Shown here: positions 8,199-18,118 of the stretch, piece by piece | How the letters are laid out: every line of letters begins with the position of its first letter | How positions within the stretch are numbered: the first letter of the stretch is position 1 | NCBI GenBank assembly: GCA_964372915.1 | Contig: CAYJRN010000003.1 | Location: forward strand, 103,660-154,789 | From: an uncultured Planctomycetales bacterium | GTDB taxonomy: Bacteria; Omnitrophota; Gorgyraeia; Zapsychrales; JAHFFX01 | Direction of reading: 5' to 3' | DNA length: 51,130 nucleotides | Position numbers and translations under genes: made by a program | The notes under the pieces: generated by a model | Told to the model about the DNA's origin: nothing | Database searches by the model: none | Seen by the model: only the letters and a program-made list of their open reading frames with translations

Positions 8199-9908
8199 AT
8201 GTCATTAAATCCCCGTTGGACCCGGTGGGTGAAGGATGTTCCTGTCGGCCGGGATATCTTTTTTCTTCTTACGTTTGCGACGCTTATCACCTGGCAGCCT
8301 TTTTATTTGCAGCAGAAGTTAAATCTTTACGAGTTGGGATTGTATTTGCCGGGGATTGATGCGATTCTTAAAGGGCACATTCCTTTTCGAGATTTCTTCC
8401 ATTTGCGCGGCCCCCTCGAATTATATCTGCCGGCAGCGCTCATGAAGATGTTCGGCGATCACGTTGCCGTGCTCAGTACGTATTTTTACGCTGGGACCGT
8501 GTTGACGTTGTGGCTCTGCGTTTTATTGGCTAAAGAATTTTGTCGGACCCGGGTCATTTTTTACCTGATGGTTCTGGTCTTAATCGCCCGCACGTTCCCG
8601 CGAGTGGTTTTTACCTATTGGGGCGGGATGAGGTATGCCATTGGACTCCTGGCACTCTGGTTTGCCGTCAAATACTTCAAAGAGGGAAGGGCCCATTGGA
8701 TGTTCTGGGCGGGCGTTGGATCTTCCTTAAGCCTCTTGACCAGCGTTGAGATTGGGGCTTGTTCCATCCTTGGTGTTGTGTTGGGGTTTTTGTTCGCGTT
8801 TTTTGCCAAAACCCACGAACGAAAACCGCTCTTAAAAGGCGCCCTGCGTTACGCGGGAGGTATCCTTGCGGTTGCCGTTCCGTACCTGATCTTTCTTGTC
8901 GCGACAAATTCCCTGGGGCCTTACCTGGAATCGGTCTGGACGGTGGTGACCCGGATGGAAAAAGTCATCAACCTGAATTTTATTTCCGAGATCCCCAACA
9001 ATTCCGGGGAGGCGTTGGGGGCCATGATCAACCCAGCCTCCGCGAATTTCAAGCAGATGACCCCGGGGTATTGTTACCTAGCGTGGGCTTTTTATCTTAT
9101 TTTTTTCTTTCGGCAGAAGAGTTTGACTCGAATTGATACGGCGGTCGTCTGTTTGGGCGGCTACGGGCTAGTCATGTACAATACAGCTTTTCGCGCCATC
9201 CAGGGGTCGCAATTCGAGATGGCCTTGCAGCCGGAAAAAATCCTTTATTTTTTTTTGATAGAGCGGGTTTTGATTTTTAGCTGGGAGCGATTCAGAGGAA
9301 AATTTTTCGTCAACGCTTTTAAGATCTGTCTTGCGGTGGTTTTCTTGAGCTCCCTAGGATATGCGATCCAGAGGTACAACCATCGTTTCTACGCTTTTAA
9401 ATTCGTGAGAAATGTTTTAATGGGGAAAAATACAGAGCTCCTGAAGCCCTTGGCCGGGTATAAAACAGAAATCCTTCAGCTGAAACGGGCGAAGGGCGTG
9501 ACCGTCCCCGCCGAGCAAGCCCAAGAGATCATGGACGTGGTCGGATTTTTTGATGAGAACACTTCCCCGGGGGAGACGGTCTTTATGTTCCCTGAACTGG
9601 GGAGTTATCATTTCTTTGCGGATCGCCCCTTTGTCGGACGTTTCCCGATGGTCACCTTCTCTTGGTTCAAAGACCAGTGGCATGAAGAGCTGCTCACCGT
9701 CTTAAAAAAGACCCTTCCGCGCTACGCCGTACTTCTCAAAGATCTGGGGCCATGGTTTCCAGACGTCTATTTCAAAATTCCCAAGAATAAGGCGATGTAT
9801 GACGAAGTCAGGGATCTTGTTCTTAAATATTACCGTCCGGTCCGAGAAACTTCCTCCTTGATGATTTATCGCCTAAAAAGTTCTTCGACAGATGTTACGA
9901 AGCCTTAA
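8199..9908 (+). CDS. Multi-pass membrane protein, putative GT-C glycosyltransferase
   Basis: Many TMs, G.IPFRDFF..RGPL loop, C-terminal soluble domain. Confidence 0.6.
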   Translation: MSLNPRWTRWVKDVPVGRDIFFLLTFATLITWQPFYLQQKLNLYELGLYLPGIDAILKGHIPFRDFFHLRGPLELYLPAALMKMFGDHVAVLSTYFYAGTVLTLWLCVLLAKEFCRTRVIFYLMVLVLIARTFPRVVFTYWGGMRYAIGLLALWFAVKYFKEGRAHWMFWAGVGSSLSLLTSVEIGACSILGVVLGFLFAFFAKTHERKPLLKGALRYAGGILAVAVPYLIFLVATNSLGPYLESVWTVVTRMEKVINLNFISEIPNNSGEALGAMINPASANFKQMTPGYCYLAWAFYLIFFFRQKSLTRIDTAVVCLGGYGLVMYNTAFRAIQGSQFEMALQPEKILYFFLIERVLIFSWERFRGKFFVNAFKICLAVVFLSSLGYAIQRYNHRFYAFKFVRNVLMGKNTELLKPLAGYKTEILQLKRAKGVTVPAEQAQEIMDVVGFFDENTSPGETVFMFPELGSYHFFADRPFVGRFPMVTFSWFKDQWHEELLTVLKKTLPRYAVLLKDLGPWFPDVYFKIPKNKAMYDEVRDLVLKYYRPVRETSSLMIYRLKSSSTDVTKP

Positions 9909-9910
9909 AT

Positions 9911-10129
9911 ACTCGGCTTTGCCAAATACCTGCCTGTCGGCAGACAGGCTTAACGTGTTTGGCTCCGCCGAGTTTTATCCGTCTGAATCTTTGGACGAAG
10001 TCCGCCGAAGCTAAAGGCGTCCTTGTTTTCATTAAAATTTTTAAAGATGAAACAAGGACTGTCCCAACTTTTTCTTAAAAATTTAAGGTAAGCGGGGACG
10101 AAAGCTCTTTAGCGAAGGCGGATAAAACT
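9911..10129. repeat. Nested palindromic element cluster
   Basis: ACTCGGC/GCCGAGT, CCTGCCTGTCGGCAGACAGG, AGTTTTATCCG/CGGATAAAACT, GTCCTTGTTT/AAACAAGGAC. Confidence 0.85.
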
Positions 10130-10157
10130 TGACTATTGAAAGTCACCCAGTTATAAT
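10129..10157 (+). promoter_or_regulatory. sigma70 promoter of the rpsO-pnp operon
   Basis: TTGACT-17-TATAAT. Confidence 0.8.
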
Positions 10158-10213
10158 ATCGACGTTAAAATTGAGAACATAAGTTCAAGAGGCAAGAAGG
10201 AGGAAAGTAAGAA

Positions 10214-10483
10214 TTGGCTTTGCTTAAGGAAAAAAAGAACGAAATCATTGATAATTTTAAAGTTCACACGAAGGATACGGGTTCTCCGGTCGTGCAAATC
10301 GCGCTTTTGACCGAGAAGATCAATTATCTTTCCGAACATTTCAAGACTCATCGTAAGGATTTCCACTCCCGCCGCGGACTGCTCGTCATGATCGGCCGGA
10401 GAAGACGTCTTTTAGCCTACCTAAAGAAGTCTGATCCCCAGAAGTACGAAGAGACCATCAATAAACTCAACCTACGTAAATGA
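10214..10483 (+). CDS. rpsO: 30S ribosomal protein S15
   Basis: [13 protein letters not shown]...[15 protein letters not shown] start after AAGGAGG. Confidence 0.98.
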   Translation: MALLKEKKNEIIDNFKVHTKDTGSPVVQIALLTEKINYLSEHFKTHRKDFHSRRGLLVMIGRRRRLLAYLKKSDPQKYEETINKLNLRK

Positions 10484-10490
10484 GGTAAAT

Positions 10491-12599
10491 ATGAACTTAG
10501 GGCGTGTTGAAATTCCCTATGGGGCCCAGAATTTAATTATTGAAAGCGGAAAATTCGCGAAACAAGCCAACGGGGCCGTGACGGTCACCTGCGGCGGAAC
10601 GATTGTTTTGGTCACCAGCTGTATGTCCAGCCGTCCCAAACAGGGAGCGGACTTCTTCCCTCTCATGGTGGAGTACCAGGAAAAAACCTATGCCGCGGGA
10701 AGAATCCCGGGCGGATTTTTTAAAAGAGAAGGCCGTCCAACGGAAAAAGAAATTCTTTCGGCCCGCGTCATCGACCGGCCCATTCGGCCCCTATTTCCGG
10801 AAGGTTTTTATTACGAAGTTCAGGTGGTGGCCTCGGTTCTTAGTTCCGATGGAGAAATTGATCCGGATGTGCTCGCCCTCGTAGGGGCTTCAGCCTCTTT
10901 GGTTGTCTCCGATATCCCGTTCCATGGCCCCCTGGGCGCCGTAAGAGTCGGCGTTGAGAACGACAAGTTCATCATCAATCCGACGTATCAACAAAGAGAA
11001 ACCAGTCCTTTGGATTTGACCGTGGTAGGACACAAAGATGGTATTATCATGATTGAAGGAGAAGCGAATGAGGTTCCCGAATCCAAAATCCAGGAGGCCT
11101 TGAAGTTCGCTTTCGAAGCCCTGCAGCCGATCGCCGCTATCCAATGGGAATTAGCCAAGTCCATCGGCAAGAAAAAGGCCGATGTGATTCTTAAGGAGCA
11201 TCACCCCGGACTCTTCAAAAAGGTTCAGGAACTTTCCGCCAAGAAGCTCGCCGAGATTTATCGTTTGGGTCAGAAGGAAGAACGCGAAGAGGCTTTAAAC
11301 GAGCTTTTGGATGAGTTGACGAGCGACATGGAAGTCTTTGCCGAATTCAAGGACGATGGAAGGGACGAAGTTTCTGCCGGCGACATCAAGATCATCCTTG
11401 AGAAGATCGAGTACGAGGAAGTCCGACGCATCGCTTTTCATGAGAAAAGAAGGACCGACGGTCGCGGGTTCAAAGACATCCGTCCCATTTCTTGCGAGGT
11501 GAATGTTCTTCCCCGGACCCACGGTTCCGGTCTTTTCACCCGGGGTCAAACCCAAAGTCTGTCGGTGACAACCTTAGGAACCCGCCTGGATGAGCAAATG
11601 ATCGAAGCGCTCGATGGCAAATCCTACAGAAATTTTATGCTGCATTACAATTTCCCTTCGTTTAGCGTTGGGGAAACCAAACCCATGCGCGGACCCGGCC
11701 GAAGGGAAATCGGTCATGGGGCTTTAGCGGCCAAGGCTATTCAACCGGTTCTGCCGACCAAGGATGAGTTCCCTTATACGATCCGCGTGGTGTCAGAAAT
11801 CCTTGAATCGAACGGCTCTTCCAGCATGGCGACGGTGTGCGCCGGGACCTTAAGTCTTATGGACGCGGGTGTCCCGATTAAAAGTCCGGTGGCCGGAATT
11901 TCCATCGGCCTTATTTCCGCCCAAAAAGAGAAAGATTCTATTCTTTTGACCGATATTATGGGGGTGGAAGATCATTTTGGAGATATGGATTACAAGATTG
12001 CGGGAACACGCAAAGGGGTGACCGCCATTCAACTGGATCTTAAGATCAAGAGTATCAGCCTTGATTTGTTGGTCAAAGGCATGGAACAGGCCAGAGAGGC
12101 CCGTTTTGTGATTCTTGATAAGATGTACGCGGCCATTTCGACTCCGCGTCAGGAGCTTTCTTCTTATGCCCCCAGAATTACCACAATCCAGGTCAATCCC
12201 GAGAAGATCGGCGAGATCATCGGTCCCGGCGGCAAGATGATCCGCAAGATTATTGAGGAGACCGGTGTCAGCTCTATCGATATTGAGGACGACGGCAAGG
12301 TGATGGTGGCCTCTACCAACAAAGAGGCCATGGACAAGGCCGTGCGCTTTATCAACAGCATGACCGAAGAACCCATCGTGGGGAAAACCTACCATGCCAA
12401 AGTCACCCGGGTGATGAACTTTGGGGCCTTTGTCGAATTCCTGCCCGGGCGAGAGGGGCTTGTGCATGTCTCGGAATTTTCAAAAGAATTTGTGAAGGAT
12501 GTCAGTTTGGCAGTTAAAGTCGGCGATGAATTCAAAGTGAAATTGATTGAAATCGATCAAATGAAACGGATGAATTTGAGTAAAAAACAAGCCGAATGA
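10491..12599 (+). CDS. pnp: Polyribonucleotide nucleotidyltransferase
   Basis: GRIPGGFFKREG, RREIGHG, ESNGSSSMA, KH and S1 domains. Confidence 0.98.
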   Translation: MNLGRVEIPYGAQNLIIESGKFAKQANGAVTVTCGGTIVLVTSCMSSRPKQGADFFPLMVEYQEKTYAAGRIPGGFFKREGRPTEKEILSARVIDRPIRPLFPEGFYYEVQVVASVLSSDGEIDPDVLALVGASASLVVSDIPFHGPLGAVRVGVENDKFIINPTYQQRETSPLDLTVVGHKDGIIMIEGEANEVPESKIQEALKFAFEALQPIAAIQWELAKSIGKKKADVILKEHHPGLFKKVQELSAKKLAEIYRLGQKEEREEALNELLDELTSDMEVFAEFKDDGRDEVSAGDIKIILEKIEYEEVRRIAFHEKRRTDGRGFKDIRPISCEVNVLPRTHGSGLFTRGQTQSLSVTTLGTRLDEQMIEALDGKSYRNFMLHYNFPSFSVGETKPMRGPGRREIGHGALAAKAIQPVLPTKDEFPYTIRVVSEILESNGSSSMATVCAGTLSLMDAGVPIKSPVAGISIGLISAQKEKDSILLTDIMGVEDHFGDMDYKIAGTRKGVTAIQLDLKIKSISLDLLVKGMEQAREARFVILDKMYAAISTPRQELSSYAPRITTIQVNPEKIGEIIGPGGKMIRKIIEETGVSSIDIEDDGKVMVASTNKEAMDKAVRFINSMTEEPIVGKTYHAKVTRVMNFGAFVEFLPGREGLVHVSEFSKEFVKDVSLAVKVGDEFKVKLIEIDQMKRMNLSKKQAE

Positions 12600-14806
12600 A
12601 ACAGCAACATATTAACGAAATCAAGGCTATCATTGTCTTGGCCGTCGGTTTGATTCTTCTCGCGAGTCTCCTGTCTTACACCCCCGAAGACCTTTCCTGG
12701 TTTACATCTCAGCCTAACGTTCCGGCCCAGAATCTCATTCGTATCGTCGGAGCTTATATGGCCGGGGCATTGCTTTTTGTGTTCGGTTACAGCTCATACG
12801 CGGTCGTGGTTTTCACGCTCTTTTGGAGCTGGAACAAGTTTGCCTCACGGGATCTGAATTTCACGTTTTCCAAGCTCGTCAGTTTCCTTGTCCTTTTTTG
12901 CGTCTTGAGCGCGCTTTTTAGCATGCTGGGTTCGCAGGTCAATACCTTGCGGTTTGACCGTTCGGGGATCGTCGGTTTTAGCGTCTCTGATTTTCTGATC
13001 CAATACTTAGGAAGAACGGGTTCATTCATCGTGCTTTTCACTTTGGGGCTTTTGACCATGATTGTCATCGGCGAATTCCTGGTCTCGCCGCTTTTATTGA
13101 AAGTCCCGAACGCGTTCAAAGAATTCGCATCTTTTTTGTCCCGAAGGTTACGAGAAGAGAAGGAAAAGATTGTCACTGTTAAAAAATCTTTGCCGAGGTT
13201 CGATCATAAGCAAACCTTTCTTAAACCACCCGTGGCCTCAGCGAGAGGCGAACCCGCGGCTGCGCCCGCGTCGCCGCGAGGCGCGCCGCAAATTAAGATT
13301 GCTCAAATCGTTAAGGAAGATCTTCCCAAGAAAGAAAAGGAAAGAGAACAACCCAAAGTCGTAGGGAATTACCAGCTTCCCTCTTTGGAGCTTTTGCAGG
13401 ATCCGCCGTCGATTGTTGCTAGTAAACTCCAGGATGACCTAGCGCTAGGTGCGAAGATCCTTGAAGAGACTTTGGCGGATTTTGGCGTGTCGGTGCGCGT
13501 GGATGACATTGAGCGCGGACCCGTCATCACGCGTTATGAACTGGAACCGGCGCCCGGTGTCAAAGTGGGAAAAATCACAACGCTCGCCGATGACATTGCC
13601 TTGGCGATGCGGGCTCAAACGGTGCGGATTGTCGCTCCGATTCCCGGAAAAAATCGCGTGGGCATAGAGATCCCCAACGGCGCTTCCAGCGCGGTCTATT
13701 TAAAAGATGTTCTTTCCTTAAGTAAGTTCAGCAATTCCGGATCGAAATTGATGCTGGCTTTGGGGAAAGACATCGCGGGGCAGCCTTTGATCGCGGACTT
13801 GGCTGAAATGCCGCATCTTTTGATCGCGGGGACCACCGGTTCCGGAAAAACCGTCTGTGTCAACGGCATCATCATGTCGATACTCTTTAACGCTTCCCCC
13901 GACGAGCTTAAATTTCTGATGGTCGATCCGAAGATGGTGGAACTCACCCCTTACAACGATCTTCCTCATTGTCTTTGCCCGGCGGTCACCGATGCCAAGA
14001 AAGTTTCCGCCGCTTTGAATTGGGTGGTAGGGGAAATGGAGTCGAGGTATGGTTTGTTCAAAGACACCGGCGTTCGTAATATTAGTGGATATCATGAAAA
14101 GGGTTTAAAACTTCCCTACATTGTTATCATTATCGATGAGTTGGCGGACTTGATGCAGGTGGCCGCCAAACAAGTGGAAAGTTCGATTACGCGCCTGGCC
14201 CAGTTGTCGCGGGCGGTCGGAATCCATTTGATCCTGGCGACCCAGAGGCCCTCGGTGGATGTTGTTACGGGTGTTATCAAGGCAAATTTTCCGGCAAGAA
14301 TTTCTTTTAAGGTCGCTTCCAAAGTGGACTCGCGGACCGTTCTGGACATGAACGGCGCGGAAAATCTTTTAGGCAAAGGCGACATGCTTTTTATGAGGCC
14401 CGGCGATTCCAAGCCCACCCGCGGCCAATGCAGTTATGTCTCTGATAAAGAAATCCAGAAAGTTATCGATTTCATCAAACTTCAGCAGAATCCTGTCTAC
14501 GATGACACCATCCTTAACAGCCAAAGTCAATCTTCTTCAGTTGTCATGGGAGAGAAGGACGAACTCTACGACGAGGCGGTCAAGCTGGTCATGGAAACCA
14601 ATCAGGCCTCGGTCTCCATTCTGCAAAGACGCATGCGCTTAGGGTACACCCGCGCGGCGAGGCTCATCGATCTTATGGAGCAGAACGGCCTGGTGGGGCC
14701 TTACGTTGGCAGTAAACCCCGCGACATCCTCATCAACCGCGAGGAGTGGCTCATTCAAAACATGAACCCCAACAAAAAAAATGGATCACCCCAGTCCACA
14801 GGCTAA
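12596..14806 (+). CDS. ftsK: DNA translocase FtsK/SpoIIIE
   Basis: N-terminal TMs, PHLLIAGTTGSGKT, IIIDELADLM, gamma domain SILQRRMRLGYTRAAR. Confidence 0.97.
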   Translation: MKQQHINEIKAIIVLAVGLILLASLLSYTPEDLSWFTSQPNVPAQNLIRIVGAYMAGALLFVFGYSSYAVVVFTLFWSWNKFASRDLNFTFSKLVSFLVLFCVLSALFSMLGSQVNTLRFDRSGIVGFSVSDFLIQYLGRTGSFIVLFTLGLLTMIVIGEFLVSPLLLKVPNAFKEFASFLSRRLREEKEKIVTVKKSLPRFDHKQTFLKPPVASARGEPAAAPASPRGAPQIKIAQIVKEDLPKKEKEREQPKVVGNYQLPSLELLQDPPSIVASKLQDDLALGAKILEETLADFGVSVRVDDIERGPVITRYELEPAPGVKVGKITTLADDIALAMRAQTVRIVAPIPGKNRVGIEIPNGASSAVYLKDVLSLSKFSNSGSKLMLALGKDIAGQPLIADLAEMPHLLIAGTTGSGKTVCVNGIIMSILFNASPDELKFLMVDPKMVELTPYNDLPHCLCPAVTDAKKVSAALNWVVGEMESRYGLFKDTGVRNISGYHEKGLKLPYIVIIIDELADLMQVAAKQVESSITRLAQLSRAVGIHLILATQRPSVDVVTGVIKANFPARISFKVASKVDSRTVLDMNGAENLLGKGDMLFMRPGDSKPTRGQCSYVSDKEIQKVIDFIKLQQNPVYDDTILNSQSQSSSVVMGEKDELYDEAVKLVMETNQASVSILQRRMRLGYTRAARLIDLMEQNGLVGPYVGSKPRDILINREEWLIQNMNPNKKNGSPQSTG

Positions 14807-15641
14807 ATTTTTAAAAGAAACGCGTGAAAAAAAGGGCATCTCTTTGGAAGCGGTCCACGAGGGAACCAAAATCCCGATGGATGCCTTGAAAGCCATTGAA
14901 GAAGGCTACAAGATCCGGACACTCTCTCCTTTTTATTATAAAGGATTCATCAAGATGTATGCCCACTATTTAGGAGTGGACCTGTCCCCCATGAGTGATA
15001 CGGAGGAGCCCGCCAAAGAAAATCCTATCTACCGTACGTCTATTAAGAATTTCCCAAGGCCATCGGAGGCAGAGGAGAAAAGAGAATTTATTGTTAAGAT
15101 GGTCACCGGGGCGCTGGTTGTTTTGATTGTTTGCCTCTTATTGTTTAAGATGGTGGCTTTTTTGATGAAGAAAGTTCCCTTTAAGAAATCGGATGTCGCA
15201 AATGTGGAGAAAAATATTCGCCAAGGGGCAAACAAAATCAAGAAAGACAAGGGCCCAAAGACGAATCCCGAAAACGCTCTCAAGTCGACGAGTAAACAGA
15301 CAGTTCCTCCTGCGGCCAAACCAGCAGAAACGTTTTCCTCTGCTTCGACGCCCGCGACAACTTCTTTAGCAAAAACTGCTAAGAAAATCGCTTTGACGGT
15401 GCGCGCAAAAAAGAACACCTGGCTTAAGGTGAAAGCGGATAAAGAGACGGTCTTTCAATCGACCCTTAAGAAAGGTGTGGCGGAGACCTGGGTGGCGAAT
15501 GAATCTATCGAGATTTCCGGTGGGAACATCAACCAGTTGGAATTTGAACTTAACGGCAAAATGCTAGGGAGCTTGGGAAGGGAAGACCGGCTCGCCAATA
15601 AAATTGTGGTCACGAAAAATGGACTCTCGGTTAAAAAATAA
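14781..15641 (+). CDS. rodZ: RodZ-like HTH / DUF4115 membrane protein
   Basis: N-terminal HTH (GFIKMYAHYLG), TM, C-terminal WLKVKAD...LNGK; lies between ftsK and rimO. Confidence 0.8.
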   Translation: MDHPSPQAKFLKETREKKGISLEAVHEGTKIPMDALKAIEEGYKIRTLSPFYYKGFIKMYAHYLGVDLSPMSDTEEPAKENPIYRTSIKNFPRPSEAEEKREFIVKMVTGALVVLIVCLLLFKMVAFLMKKVPFKKSDVANVEKNIRQGANKIKKDKGPKTNPENALKSTSKQTVPPAAKPAETFSSASTPATTSLAKTAKKIALTVRAKKNTWLKVKADKETVFQSTLKKGVAETWVANESIEISGGNINQLEFELNGKMLGSLGREDRLANKIVVTKNGLSVKK

Positions 15642-16965
15642 AAAAGTTCTTTCAACCCTTTCGGCCATCCGTACCACCAAGGATTTCTTCAATGAACGCA
15701 AATCCCAGGGCTCGCGTGTGGGGATGATTAATCTCGGCTGCGCGCGGAATCTTGTCGATTCACAGCACATGCTGGGTCGCCTTAAAAAGAACGGCCATCG
15801 ATTGGTCGACATCAACGATTGCGATGTCGCGATCGTCAACACCTGTTCTTTCATCGAAGATGCGCGCAAGGAATCTATCGATGTGATTCTTGATCTTGTC
15901 GAATTAAAAAAACAGGGTAAGCTCAAGAAAGTGATTGTGGCCGGGTGTCTCGCCCAGCGTTATGGTCTTGAGCTCGCCCAAGAGTTCAAGGAAGTTGATG
16001 CCTTCCTCGGCACGCCGGCTTTAGATAAGATCAATAATCCCGAACAGGTTTATCTCACCCCATCGCATTTTGCGTACGTTAAGATCTGCGAAAGTTGTTT
16101 TAATAAGTGTTCGTTCTGCGCCATTCCTAATATCAAAGGAAAATTTTCCTCGCGCGCTATTGAAACCATTTTGGCGCAGGTGAAGGCTCTCGATGAAAAG
16201 GGTGTCAAAGAAATCAACATCGTCGGCCAGGATATCACGGCGTACGGCATTGACATCTACAAGAAAAAATCTCTCGCCCGGCTTCTTCGAGAAATGGCGT
16301 CGGGGCTGAAAAATATCCAATGGATCCGTCTGTTGTACGCGTTCCCGGCGCATGTGGACGATGAACTCATCGAGGTGATAGCCTCGGAGCCTAAAATCTG
16401 CCGGTACATTGATTTGCCGCTTCAACATATCAGTGACCCGATGCTAAAGGGGATGAACCGCGGCATTACGAAAGAAGCGACACGCAACCTCATTCGAACC
16501 ATCAGAAAGAAAGTTCCCGGCGGGAGCTTGCGCACGACCTTCATTGTCGGTTTTCCAGGTGAGACCGAGCAGGATTTTACCGAGCTTCTTCAATTTGTCA
16601 AGGAAACCCGCTTTGAGCGCGCCGGGGTGTTTGTTTATTCCAGAGAAGAAGGGACGCCCGCGTATGGTTATCCCAACCAGGTGCCAGAAAAAATCAAAAA
16701 AGAGCGGCTGGACATTTTGATGCGCGAACAAAGAGAAATCGCCAAAGCAGTTGAGGCGCGTTTCTTGGGAGAGCGTCTCAAAGTCCTCATTGATGAAAAA
16801 CAAAATGGAACAGAAGGGGTCTATTTAGGGCGCAGCGAATTCGACGCGCCGGAGGTGGACGGCCTTGTCTACGTCCATAGTTCTAAAAAACTCAAGCCGG
16901 GAGATTTTGTTGAAGTGACCGTTACGGATTCTTACGAATACGATCTTACCGCAGAAGTGCTATGA
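15619..16965 (+). CDS. rimO: Ribosomal protein S12 methylthiotransferase
   Basis: LGCARNLVDS, NTCSFI, CxxxCxxC, TRAM domain APEVDG; start uncertain. Confidence 0.93.
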   Translation: MDSRLKNKKVLSTLSAIRTTKDFFNERKSQGSRVGMINLGCARNLVDSQHMLGRLKKNGHRLVDINDCDVAIVNTCSFIEDARKESIDVILDLVELKKQGKLKKVIVAGCLAQRYGLELAQEFKEVDAFLGTPALDKINNPEQVYLTPSHFAYVKICESCFNKCSFCAIPNIKGKFSSRAIETILAQVKALDEKGVKEINIVGQDITAYGIDIYKKKSLARLLREMASGLKNIQWIRLLYAFPAHVDDELIEVIASEPKICRYIDLPLQHISDPMLKGMNRGITKEATRNLIRTIRKKVPGGSLRTTFIVGFPGETEQDFTELLQFVKETRFERAGVFVYSREEGTPAYGYPNQVPEKIKKERLDILMREQREIAKAVEARFLGERLKVLIDEKQNGTEGVYLGRSEFDAPEVDGLVYVHSSKKLKPGDFVEVTVTDSYEYDLTAEVL

Positions 16966-17540
16966 ACTTGCCCAACCAGCTCACGATTTCGCGGATCATC
17001 CTCACTTTTATCTTTATCTATTTCATCGCCCAAAACGGTCTTGTCCCGATGGTCATGGCCGCCGTCATCTTCACAGTCGCCTCATTGACGGATTATTTTG
17101 ATGGTTACGTGGCTAAAAAATATCGTCTCACCAGCGATTTTGGGAAATTGATGGATCCTATCGCCGACAAATTTCTTATCCTGGCGGCGTTTTTGGCGTT
17201 TGTCCGCATGCAGGTTGTGGTCGACTGGATGGTGATTGTGATCCTGGGCAGAGAGATCGTGGTGACGAGTTTACGGGTCTTTGCCTTGACCAAGGGCAAG
17301 GTGCTCGCGGCTGAAAAGGGCGGTAAACACAAGACCGTGTCTCAGATCGTGGCTGTTCTTTTTATTTTAGTCTTCATCGTGGTTAAAGAATTTCTGACCA
17401 ACATGAACAGCTGGTCCTATCAGGTTGAGGGTTGGTGGCGCTCCTGTATTGATGTTTTAATGCTGGTTACGGTCATCTTGACCTTGATTTCGGGGATCTC
17501 TTATCTTTGGAATAACCGCAAACTCATCCATGTCGAATAA
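16962..17540 (+). CDS. pgsA: CDP-diacylglycerol--glycerol-3-phosphate 3-phosphatidyltransferase
   Basis: MNLPNQLT, DYFDGYVAK...FGKLMDPIADK. Confidence 0.96.
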   Translation: MNLPNQLTISRIILTFIFIYFIAQNGLVPMVMAAVIFTVASLTDYFDGYVAKKYRLTSDFGKLMDPIADKFLILAAFLAFVRMQVVVDWMVIVILGREIVVTSLRVFALTKGKVLAAEKGGKHKTVSQIVAVLFILVFIVVKEFLTNMNSWSYQVEGWWRSCIDVLMLVTVILTLISGISYLWNNRKLIHVE

Positions 17541-17991
17541 ACTCTCCGCCGTTTTCTCAACGTTTTTTTATGTGGGATATATACCGCTGTGCCCGGGAAG
17601 CGCGGCGAGCGCTTTGGGCGTTATGCTGGTGTATTTCCTGTGTCCTCATAAAGACCTCTACGTTCTCTTTTTTTTTCTCATCACATTTTTAGGTTTTATC
17701 AGCAGTGATCAAATGGAAAAGCATTTAAAAGAAAAAGATCCGTCCTGTATTGTGATCGATGAGGTCGCGGGGGTCTTCCTCGCTTTTTTTATGCTGCCTT
17801 TGACTTGGGGCGTCATCTTCACAGGGTTCTTTCTTTTTCGGGCGCTGGATATGTTCAAAATCTATCCCATCAATAAATTTGAGTCTTTGCCCGGTGGGGC
17901 AGGGGTCATGATGGATGATCTTATGGCCGGACTTTACACCAATATTATCATGCATATTGCGCTTGGGATATCGGGCGGTAAATCTTTTTGA
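17530..17991 (+). CDS. pgpA: Phosphatidylglycerophosphatase A
   Basis: DPSCIVIDEVAG, FRALDMFK, GVMMDDLMAG. Confidence 0.95.
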   Translation: MSNKLSAVFSTFFYVGYIPLCPGSAASALGVMLVYFLCPHKDLYVLFFFLITFLGFISSDQMEKHLKEKDPSCIVIDEVAGVFLAFFMLPLTWGVIFTGFFLFRALDMFKIYPINKFESLPGGAGVMMDDLMAGLYTNIIMHIALGISGGKSF

Positions 17992-18105
17992 GAACCCAGC
18001 ACTTATTTTGGCTTTAATACCGCGTCGTAAAATAAGTGCTGGGGTAAATTCCGTCACTGACTTACGTTCGGTGTTTCACACGTCCGTAAGTCAGGACGTC
18101 ATTTA
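17991..18105. repeat. Two-hairpin structured element, copy 1
   Basis: Same architecture as 30624-30721, with compensatory base changes. Confidence 0.85.
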
Positions 18106-18118
18106 AAGGAGGTTGACC

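Noticed and set aside
15640..15726. Possible palindromic insert in the RimO N-terminal extension (GGATTT/AAATCC)
   Set aside because: Arms are only 6 bp and the start codon is uncertain, so the signal is too weak
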